NCBI GenBank assembly: GCA_000388065.2
Contig: KB932201.1
Origin: Fonticula alba ATCC 38817
Lineage: Eukaryota > Protista > Nucleariida
Length of the DNA stretch: 23,186 nt
Reading direction: 5' to 3' (one strand)
This document shows positions 10,132 through 23,186 of the stretch, in pieces; position 1 is the first letter of the stretch, and every line of letters starts with the position of its first letter. The position numbers and the translations under genes are program-made. The notes below the pieces were generated by a model, which worked only from the letters and a program-made list of their open reading frames with translations, did not search any database and was not told the DNA's origin.

Positions 10132-11298
10132 ATGGAACGGTTTCTTCGACAGCGACCGGCCTTGATCGCGGATCCGCCGGCCTCCACAGCCTCCGTCCCG
10201 GAGCCGGATGACGATGAAAGCCCCGACGTCATCCGATCCGTGGCCCTCCTTCGCATTGGCACTGGTACGTCGGCGCCGCCTCCTTTGACTCCGGTCCCTC
10301 CTGTGAGGTGCCCTCCTGGCAGCTCCACACATCTGACATCGACCACTTGCCATGTGTGTGTGTGTGTGTGTGCGTGCGTGCGTATGTGCCTGTGTGTGTG
10401 TGTGTGTGCCTGCGTTCACACAACCGGCTATGTGCCCAGATCTCGCGGACTTGACGCTTCCGCCAGAAGTCACCATGGCACCCGGTGATCCAGCGGACCC
10501 CCTCCAACACAATGTTACCGTCACACCGGTCTTCGGGCCGTTTGCCGGCCGCCGGGTGGACTTCACTTTGCAGTTCCCTCCGGACTATCCCTTCCGCGGG
10601 CCGCGAATCCGCTGCCGCCAGGCGGTGCGCCACTTCCCCCCCCCCCCCCTCCCCTTTGCACTGCCTTCCTTTTTCCATCCTCGGGCGCCCTTCGGCGCTG
10701 TGGAGCTCTGCCCTTCTTCTGACGCTGCTTGCGCCGGCGGCCCTGCTTCCCGTCGGAAGATCTTCCACCCAAATATCGATGTCGGGGGCGGGGTTTGCCT
10801 GAATATCCTCCGGCTGGAGTGGTCACCTGTACACACCCTCGAGCACCTGCTGGTCGGCCTGCTGAACATTATGACGGTACATGCCACGCACGCCAGTCCC
10901 AAATAAGGGCGCTGTCACTTACCCAACTCCTCGCGCCCTCTCCACCTGCGCCGCTTGCTCCGCCTGGCCACGGACGAAAGGAACCATACCCGGAGGACCC
11001 ACTCAATAAGTGTGCGCCCCCCCCCCCCCCCCCCCCCCCTGCCTACCCTCAACTTCCCCTGTGCTCTGCTCTGCATTCCTCTCTCCTTCCTAGGCCGCCC
11101 CATCCTTTCGGCATGGAGGGAGGATATGGGCCTCCCTGCTGACATGAGCTTGCTCCGCTTCCCCCTCGACGTCACCGTTGCATAGCCGCCGCGGACATCA
11201 TGCTGCAGGACCCCCGCCGGTATGTGGAGATCGTCAACCTCACCATCGCCGGAGGAACCTTCGACGGGGTGGCTTTCAGTGCGCTGGACCGTGCCTAG
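10132..11298 (+). CDS. UBC12: NEDD8-conjugating enzyme Ubc12/UBE2M (exons 10132-10264, 10440-10624, 10760-10876, 10981-11011, 11186-11298; 192 aa)
   Basis: Spliced protein: VALLRIGTDLADLTLP...FTLQFPPDYPFRGPRIRCRQAIFHPNIDVGGGVCLNILRLEWSPV...EPYPEDPLNKSAADIMLQD...GGTFDGVAF. Catalytic Cys at 10796-10798 in VCLNILR. LLRI.xD..xLxLP, EPxPEDPLNK.AA and the C-terminal GG..F are Ubc12 hallmarks. Exon lengths sum to 579 nt. Confidence 0.88.
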
Positions 11299-11496
11299 CC
11301 GCCCGACGCGTGCATGTGCCAGACAAAAAAACACCCTGGCCATTTGCGGTTGTCTGTGTTTTGGTATTTGGTCGGGGGGGGGGGGGGGGGGGGCGGGGGG
11401 GGGGGGGGGGGGGGGGCGGGCACGGCCCCGGGGAAGAGACACGGCGGCGGAAACGCCCTGGCAAAAGGCAAACGCCCCGGGCGCAAGCGGGGCACA

Positions 11497-12620
11497 TCAC
11501 TCGGCCTTGGCCTTTTCAGCAGCCATCCAAGGAGCCTTGTGGAAATCGGCGTCGCCCTCGATGGACACGCTGGAACGGGACCACACAAGCAGAGCCGCCA
11601 GCATGAGGAAGATCACCATGCTCAGGCTGACGGGCTTGATGAGCAACGCCTCCGGCCCATTGAGGCGGTAGGTCACCTTCAGGGGGCGAGTGCCGGAGGG
11701 TGGGGATGTGAGTGGGGGGGGGGGGGGGGCTGGACATGCACCAGTGGATAGAGGGCAGAGAGGATAGGAAGGTAGAAAGGAGGGGCAAAGGTGGCGGTGC
11801 TGGCGGCGCTGGCGGTGCACGAACCTCGATGTCATTCTCATGGCTGAGCGAGGCCACGAGCTGGTGGCGGATGACAATCGTCGGCCGGCCCTGACCGAGG
11901 ATACTGTTGCCCTCGAGCGTGCGGACCCATGCCGGCGTCGGGAGGCCGAAGAAAGACAACACCCTCGGCAGGAAGGACACGGGTGACAGGGAGTCCAAGA
12001 AGGAGAAAGTCGGGTCGCCGATGCTCAGGAAGTCCACGTTGAAGGGGAGCTTGATATGGACGTCACTGGGGGGACGGCGGGCGTGTCAGCGAGCGCGAGC
12101 CAGGCCTACGGCCAAGTGACGGGCGATTCAGGGGGGGGGGGAGAGAGAGAGAGGGGGAGGGAGGGAGGGAGGGGGGGGGGGAAGCGCGCGAGGGGGAGGA
12201 ACCGGTGGAAAGGAGGACAGTGCAGGAAGGCGGCGGGGAGGTGGGCATGCATACCGGGCGCCCTCCGGCAGGACGATATTCAGCTCAAAGCGCAGGATGG
12301 CCGCCGAGCTGTGGGACTCCAGCAGCGGCAGGCGGAGCATGTGAAGCGACGGGTCGTCCTGGCTGGTGGAGCCAAACAGGAAGTTCGGGTCCTTGGGCGA
12401 GGCGGCCTCCGTGTCGGAGAAGGTGCCGAGACTGTCAAGTGGCACGGTGTAGCCATGGCTCCATTCGGCGCGCCAGCCGCCAAACAGAGGATACCGCGTC
12501 TTCAGGGTCAAGATGCGCGGCAGAGCCGAGTTCAGCTGCGGCGTCTCGGCGTCGACAATGCTGCATTTGCGGGGGGGGGGGGGGGCGGGGGGCGGAAGGG
12601 GGGGGGGGGGGGGGGGGGGT

Positions 12621-12659
<39 letters not shown>

Positions 12660-13785
12660 GAGCAATTTGACCGTCGTGGCGCACCTGGAAGACACGTTAC
12701 CCAGCTGATCGACGAAGTAGATGTTCTTGGCCATGGAGGGGATGGGGAAGCGGAAGATGCCGGCCATGCCGTCGGGATTCGAGCCGTGCGACCGATCGGG
12801 GGAGGACATCTTGGCGCGGGAGAAACCGCCGCGCAAGGCGGCCCCGGTGTTGAGGACCTGGCTCCCCGGCGGTGGAGGTTAGCGAAGCAAGTGCAGGAGG
12901 CGGCATGAACCGGGCGAGAGGGAGGGCGGAGGGCGGAGGGCGGAGGGCGGAGGAGTGCAGACGGACATGGTAGGAGTTATCCACATGCAGGGTGCCAGTG
13001 AGGTGGGACACAGTGGCCGTGCGAGTCAGATCCTCCACAATGGCCTGGCCGGCGGGCTCGCGAATGCGGAAGGAGACCAGGGGGAGTTTGGCCGTGCCGG
13101 CACCGGTGGCAAAAATGTCGTCAGTGGCTGGCACGTCGACAAAGGGCCCAAGAGAGAAGTGCGTGGACGAAGCGATGGACTTGCGCCGGTGGTCGGTCGG
13201 GGTGTTGCTCGGGATGAGGCTGACGCTGTGACCGTCTACGGACCAAAAAGGGCGGGGGGGGGGGGGGGGAAAGGGAGCAGCGGAGGGTCAGCCAGTGCGC
13301 CGGATCAGGAAGGGAAAAGAGCGGGACAACGGGCATGCGCACCGCCGGTCATCTTGGCGGTCATGATCTGCTCGGTTGTCTTGTAGGGCGAGACAAAGTG
13401 CAGGGGAGTGGTGGTGGCGAGGAATTGCCTGCGAGCAAGTTGAGAGAGACACATGTGGGCATGTGGGCATGTGTCAGTGACTGGACGATCGGCCGGCAGC
13501 ATGGGGGAGGGAGGGGCGATGGAACGGACGGGTCGCCCTGCTCGATGGTGGCCGGGGTGGGACGGGCGCCACCAATCTTGATGACATAGAAGGCCAGCGT
13601 GCGCGAGGCTTGCGGCGGGAGCGGCGTGGCAAAGGAGTATTCGTAGACCTGGACCGGGGAGCTGACGTGTGGTGTGCATGACAGTGAGAAGACCAGAGAG
13701 TGAAGGAGGGGCATAAGGGGGGAGACAGACATAGGTGCAGAGAGAGAGAAAGAAAGAAAGGGAAAAGGGGAAGGCATCAGGGAGC

Positions 13786-13835
<50 letters not shown>

Positions 13836-14368
13836 ACACGCGGGGGACCGGGGCGAAGGGACATGCTCGGCGAGGCATACCTGCTGGAGGACTCCGAGCG
13901 GGACAGGAGTCGCAGCGACTCCAGCGGTTGGAACTGGTCCTCCTCATAGGGGCTGACCGAGGAGATCATCCCATCACTGGGCAGGGGGCGAGCGGGGGGA
14001 AGGAGGGGGGGAGAGAGAGGGGGAGAGAGAGAGAGAGAGAGGGAGAGAACGTCAGCGCAAGGTCGATGTCAGGGGAGAGGGAGACCCAAGAGGACGCACT
14101 TGACAGGGAGAGTCAGCCGGTAGTGCGCCAGATCGGCGTCCCCCTGTGGGGCCTCGTAGCTGACGGTGATGTTGAGGAGCTCCGAGTGGAAGGCCGACCC
14201 GTCGGAGATGGTGAAGTCCAGCTGGCGGGCCACGCGCGAGTTGACGACAAGCGCATCCGAGGCCGAGGCGCCGGCCAGGGCCAGCAGGCCGGTCAGGGCC
14301 AACCACACCGCAACCAGGGGCAGCGCCCACTGCCGGCCGACGGCCGACAGCCACAGAGACGCGCGCAT
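11497..14368 (-). CDS. RPN1: Ribophorin I / oligosaccharyltransferase subunit 1 (exons 14368-14100, 13976-13881, 13661-13530, 13428-13343, 13235-12967, 12857-12685, 12560-12255, 12065-11825, 11676-11497; 583 aa)
   Basis: N-terminal signal peptide (ALPLVAVWLALTGLLALAGASA). Ribophorin I motifs IEQGDPQ, SPYKTTEQ, LGPF, VSH..G.LHVDNSY, NTGAALRGGFSR, IYFVDQLGNVSSS, RYPLFGGW, LPEGA, FLD..GRPTIV, and a single C-terminal TM helix. All nine exons join in frame (1752 nt). Confidence 0.9.
12571..12658. repeat. ~88-nt near-pure G run (poly-C on the sense strand) filling RPN1 intron 6
   Basis: Directly visible. It occupies about 70% of a 124-nt intron. Confidence 0.9.
12921..12953. repeat. (GGAGGGC)x4.7 tandem repeat in RPN1 intron 5
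   Basis: Four full 7-mers plus GGAGG. Confidence 0.85.
13788..13833. repeat. (GT)23 microsatellite in RPN1 intron 2
   Basis: Directly visible. Confidence 0.95.
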
Positions 14369-15692
14369 TGGGCCGGCAGTGGGGGAGGGGGGAGAACGGG
14401 GGAGTGCAAGGGAGGGGAAGAGGGAGAAGGGGCGCAGGGGGCGAGCAAAGAGCAGGCGGGAGGGCAAGCTTCCAGGGCAAGGGCGCGGCGGGGACTGGTG
14501 AGGCAGGGAGAGAGAGAGAGAGAGAGGGCGGGAGAGACGGGAGTTGAAGGGGTCTGCCGTGGGCCGATGGCCGGCGGGGGCAAGGGCGCCGCCGCGCGAT
14601 GAGTCCCCCCTTTGCCGAGCGAGGGGGGGGCACCGGGCGCCGGGCGCCGGGCTCCAGGACCGGGCGCCGGGCTCGATCTCCCCCCTCGGGGGCGGCCTCA
14701 TCTAGACGCCCCCCGCCCCCCCCCCCCCCCCGTGAAGGGAGCACCGCGCTTGTCCATGTTCCCGTCCTGCCTCGGCGGGAAAACTACGAAGACGCCTATC
14801 GAGTACTGCTGTGGGGCCAGTTGGCGCGGAGGGCGCGACGAGGCGTGCCCGCCACCTCCGAGCAGTCCCGGGACGCGTAGACGCCAGCGTCCGTCGGCAG
14901 ATGGCGATCCCGTTCGCCTGCGGCTGACCTGGGAAACAGTCCCCAAGTCATGTTATAATATGCTCGGACAATATAGTGTGACCTGCGAGACGGCCCTCCG
15001 CCGGTTGCACCCGCATTTGTCTCCCTCGCTCTCCAAGGGTGGTCCATCTCAATCGCCCGGAAAAGAACCGGCATCCGGGGGGGGGGGGGGAGACAGGCCG
15101 GGCGGGCATGCGCAGGTGCCAGCTGTGCGGTTTCCGGGGGCGCGGGGAGCAGGGGGACACACACACACACACACACGGGCCCGGAGCCCTGGGATCTGAT
15201 CCGCCCCCTCCTTAACAGGCCGCTGGGACGGCCCGGCGGTCCGGCGGGGGTTGTTTTTTTCCCCCCCCCTCCCCCGCGCCGGCTGGCCGGCCGTTGTTCC
15301 CGCGGTTCTGGCCGAGACGCTGGCTGCCTGGGGGGGCCGCGCAAAAGGGGTCGCCTGGCTGTTTCCAGGGCGAGGCGGCACGACCCGAGGACGGGAGGCT
15401 CCCCCCCCCCGACCCGGGGAACTCCCTCGAGGGAGATTATTGTGGCACGGTGTTGGTCACAGATCGCCCCCCCGGGCGAGGAGGGAGCATCCTCCTCCTC
15501 CGACTCTGCCCTTTTTGCGCGCGCGCGCGCCTTGCCCTCGCCTCCTCCCCCCCCCCCTTCCCGCCGCCCAATCTTTGCCCACGCCTCTTTCCTCCTTGTT
15601 TTTTCTTTCCTTCGCTCCCTCCCCTCCGGCTCTGGTCATCGGCCCCTCCGCCCTCGGCCTCTCTGCCCCCGGCCGCTCTTCCACCCCGGCCT

Positions 15693-19660
<3,968 letters not shown>

Positions 19661-21144
19661 GGGGCGCCTGTGTGGTGCTTGCGCGCGTCTCGCTGCGCCT
19701 TGCTCGTAAATACACACCTTCACACACACGCACATGCATATACGCACACACGCGCATGCTTGCAAGAGAGGGGAGGGGGAATGGGCGGTGGGTGCAGCAA
19801 AAAGCCATTATTTTCCCCCAGCAGTTATGGGCCGGCTTCTTGCCCGCTCTCGGACATTCTGATTCATCAGAAACAACAGGGCACACATGATGATCAGAGG
19901 CGCGTGACGTGGACTGGTGCGTTGGCGCGCCATCCGTCCGTCCGTCCTCCCTTTCCACCCCCCCCTCCCCCCGGCCGTCCTGCGGCCGCGAGAGGCAGCA
20001 ACTCACGATGCAGTCCCGGGGGCGTGAACGCGAGCATGCGGGCAGCGGTCGGCGCGACTTCCACCAGGAATATGCTCAAGAAGGGGCGGGGGGGGGGGGG
20101 GGGGGNNNNNNNNNNNNNNNNNNNNNNNNNNNNNNNNNNNNNNNNNNNNNNNNNNNNNNNNNNNNNNNNNNNNNNNNNNNNNNNNNNNNNNNNNNNNNNN
20201 NNNNNNNNNNNNNNNNNNNNNNNNNNNNNNNNNNNNNNNNNNNNNNNNNNNNNNNNNNNNNNNNNNNNNNNNNNNNNNNNNNNNNNNNNNNNNNNNNNNN
20301 NNNNNNNNNNNNNNNNNNNNNNNNNNNNNNNNNNNNNNNNNNNNNNNNNNNNNNNNNNNNNNNNNNNNNNNNNNNNNNNNNNNNNNNNNNNNNNNNNNNN
20401 NNNNNNNNNNNNNNNNNNNNNNNNNNNNNNNCGGCACGGCCCGGTGCAATCTCCGCGTGCCCATTCCCTTGGGCAGGCCGCGCGACAGCGGGGCCGGGGC
20501 CGGGGCCGGCTGCCCCCCCTGCCCCGCCGCGGCCAGGGTGGGTGTGTGCCTGGTCCGGCGCGGCAATATTTGGCTGGGATGAGGGTATGGGCGCCCTTGC
20601 GTCGGGGTGTCCATGCGCGCGCGCGCGCGCGATGCCTCTCCCGGGACTGTTTTGACTGTCCGGAGGGCATGCGCGTGTGCGTTATATATATATGCGTGTA
20701 TGCGTGCGTGTGCGTCTTGCATGTGGGTAGGGCACGTACGCGTGTGTGCATTTGTGCCTGGCTCATTTTTCCGGACTCCGTGAGTGTTTGCCGAGAGCCG
20801 GCTGGCGTGTTTGTCGATACCGGTCTCTCCCCACCGCTGGTCTCTCAGGGGGGGGGGGGGCCCATGGCGCGAGGGTCTCAGCCCCTCCCAAAGCTGCGCC
20901 GCCGGGGGCCATGCCGTGGGCTTTTTCGCCCAGCATGCCGCCCCTGCCCGGCCTGGCCCGGTCTGGCCAAGGTGTTCCATTGCCCCCTCCTCCTCCTCCC
21001 CCCCCCCTCCTGCTCCTTGCCTCCCGCTACCCTTCTCTTGTCGTGTTCCTGCCCGCCTGATCGCCGCCCCTCGATCCCCCGCCCCCACCACCCACCCTCC
21101 ACCTCCTCTGCGCGCGCGAGCAAGAGAGACCTTCGCCTGCCAGC

Positions 21145-22065
21145 ATGGACGGACCGGGCACCAGCGACACTGTCGCCCCTCTCGTGGATCAGGGTGCCGC
21201 CACCATCTCCCCGGTTGATGCGACGGGACCCGGGCTCCCTACGCCGGCCAGCCCCGGTGCCGACCTCACTGACAGTGCTGGCGGCAACCTCGAGACAAAG
21301 GAGCCCCCAAGCATGACCGAGGCCGGCGACGGCGGCGACGGCGGCGACGATGACGACGATGGCTACGACTCGGATGCGCCGCTTGAGCGCACCGAGTCCA
21401 TAGCCGTCTTCAATCCGCTCATCCTCCAGCGCATGTCACGCCCATCGTCGGTCCTGCTAACCAATCCCCCCGCCCTGCCGGATGGCATGGGCAGCATGCC
21501 GGGCTCCCCCGCTGGCGGTGGCAGCGAGGCCGGCGCCCCGGAGCCAGCCTCCCGGCTGCCCAACTCGTCCTCCATCAACGCCCTGTTGTCGGCGGCCGCC
21601 GGGCTGCCCCCCCCCGGCGCCGGGACCCACTCGGCCCGGTCGTCCATCCACTCGCTCAGCTCGCTGCACTCCTTCCACTCGGGCCACAGCGAGCTGGTGG
21701 ACACCACTGGCGGCGATCCCCGGCTGGCGGCGATCCCCGGCGGCCCGGGTTTCGGCAGCGCGGCCCTCCGCGTGGCCGACCCCGACACGTACCAGCACTA
21801 CTCCTCCATCGGCCAGCCGGCCGCCGATCCCGGGCTGCCGGCCGGCCTGGGTGCCGATTCGCCGATCGCCGGCGACGAGGATGACGAAGGTGCCGATGAT
21901 GATGACGAGCATGTCACCCAGGCGGTCAATCCGCTGGCCCTGCTCCGGATGTACTCGGCCGGGGCTGGCGGTGCGGCCGGGGCCGCCGGGGCTGGCGGCT
22001 TCCGTGCCGAGGCTGGCGCCTCTTCCAATCCCTCCCAGGCCTTGGCCAATCTCATCACCAAGTCG
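21145..22065 (+). CDS. First coding exon of an unidentified gene (long disordered acidic, Ser/Gly/Pro-rich N-terminus); downstream exons unresolved
   Basis: ATG 21145 opens ~307 codons with strong GC3 bias. The exon ends at a GTGCGT donor (22066), followed by a poly-C tract and CAG acceptor at 22266. No domain recognised. Confidence 0.6.
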
Positions 22066-23147
22066 GTGCGTGGCTTGACACTGCCGGCTGCCAGGCCCCT
22101 GGCCCGGGTCCTTGTGTCCCCGGCCGGCCTGCCGGCCAGTTGGCCGGTCATTTGCGTGTGCCCGTGTCTGACCTCGCCCTGCTCATGCTGGCGTCTCGTG
22201 TCCCATGCCGCGTTCTCCGCCCCCCTTCCCCCCTTCCACCCCCCCCCCCCCCCCTCCGCCCCACAGGCGCGCGCGCGCGCGCGGCAAGCAGCACCCCGAC
22301 CGCTTCTTTGTCCAAGAGGCCGCCCCGCCCAACCCCTCTCTTGGATCCCAGACGCGTGGCACACCTCCGCCGGCTCCGGATATGTGCCCGCTCGCGGCGG
22401 CTCATCTCCCACCACACGGGAACAACCGCTCCCTGCTCGCGCCGCCCCCTGATCTGCCTCAGGCAATGCGAGAGGGGGATGGGCGACGGAGGCCGAAGTG
22501 AGGGACTCGTGGGGGCGCGGTCCCACGAGACGCCTCCGTGCCAGACAAAGCCCCGTCGTGCCTCCTTCTCCCTGCCCTTTCCCCTTGTCGGTTCTTCGCT
22601 CGAGACATCGTCCTCTTCCTGTCCCTNNNNNNNNNNGGGGGGGGGGGGTGGACAGGGGGAGTGGGACCGCGGGCATGTCCCCGTTCCCGAGGCACGGCGT
22701 GGACCTGAGCCCCCGCCGGCAGACCGGCCACGGGCGTCTGGCGACAAGGGAGCAGGGCGTTTGCGTGTGTGTTTGTACCTCGGGGGGGGGGGCGCCCCCT
22801 GAACAGCTTCCCGGAACCTCCCCCCCTCCCGCCATGGTCCCTGTGTGTCTTTCTCACTTGTGCTTGCGGAGACAATGGGCCCGTGTGCGCACGGACCCGG
22901 GGCTCTCTCCGGTAGGCAGACAGCCATGGCGGGCGGGCGGGCGTGCGTGGCCGGCCTCCGCGCCTCGCGGATGCCACCCAAGGCAAGGGCACTCAATGCT
23001 GGCGTCTGGCCGGTGCTCAAGGCGCACGCCGGTCGGAGGAAGGCCGGTCGAGCACTGGCAGCTCCCGGCCGCGAGCCGGCATTCCCGCGTTCCGGGCCAA
23101 GGGCGAGAGGGCATCTCAGCTCCACTGGCCCCAGACACACAATGGAC

Positions 23148-23174
23148 GGGGCGGGGACGGGGACGGGGACGGGG
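23148..23174 (+). repeat. (GGGGAC)n-type repeat with five G4 tracts, G-quadruplex-compatible
   Basis: GGGG C GGGG AC GGGG AC GGGG AC GGGG. Confidence 0.75.
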
Positions 23175-23186
23175 AGAGGGACGAGG

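Noticed and set aside
14925-14946. GGGAAACAGTCCCC resembling the RNase MRP/P CR-I element
   Set aside because: No matching CR-V (GGGGCTNANT-like) partner for the P4 pseudoknot was found downstream.
19670-21140. Long ORF-track entries (e.g. 19670-21316 +, 20003-21091 -) as genes
   Set aside because: They are inflated by a 326-N gap and GC-rich simple repeats, and show no coding-like codon bias or motifs.
22148-23140. Minus-strand ORF containing EEDDVSSEEPTRG as a separate gene
   Set aside because: It spans a gap, lacks consistent codon bias and splice support, and is the reverse of a plus-strand pyrimidine tract.

Overview
GC-rich, intron-containing eukaryotic genomic DNA from a draft assembly with seven N-gaps. 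The style (homopolymer G/C runs, CA/TG microsatellites, GT(G/A)CG(C/T) donors) suggests a GC-rich unicellular opisthokont such as Fonticula; this is inference and was not checked. Most ORF-track entries are GC-rich noise, so real genes were rebuilt by hand from splice sites and protein motifs. Left to right: a possible spliced minus-strand gene fragment (~1-1000); tRNA-Arg(ACG) (-); DEAD-box helicase DDX20/Gemin3 (+, 2 exons); canonical poly(A) polymerase (-, at least 8 exons, catalytic DxD exon and start lost in or beyond gaps); NEDD8-conjugating enzyme UBC12 (+, 5 exons); ribophorin I RPN1/OST1 (-, 9 exons); a large divergent UVRAG/Vps38-like protein with ATG14-like Cys motifs and two polyQ tracts (+, 5 exons); and the first exon of an unknown gene with a repeated acidic+NPLxLxRM motif (+). 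No mobile element, CRISPR or prokaryotic system is evident. The best leads are the UVRAG/ATG14-like hybrid architecture, the 5' splice-site consensus with no +4A (22 of 25 donors +4C), and several stop-free 3n introns. Reference-protein comparisons are from memory of the families, not from database searches.
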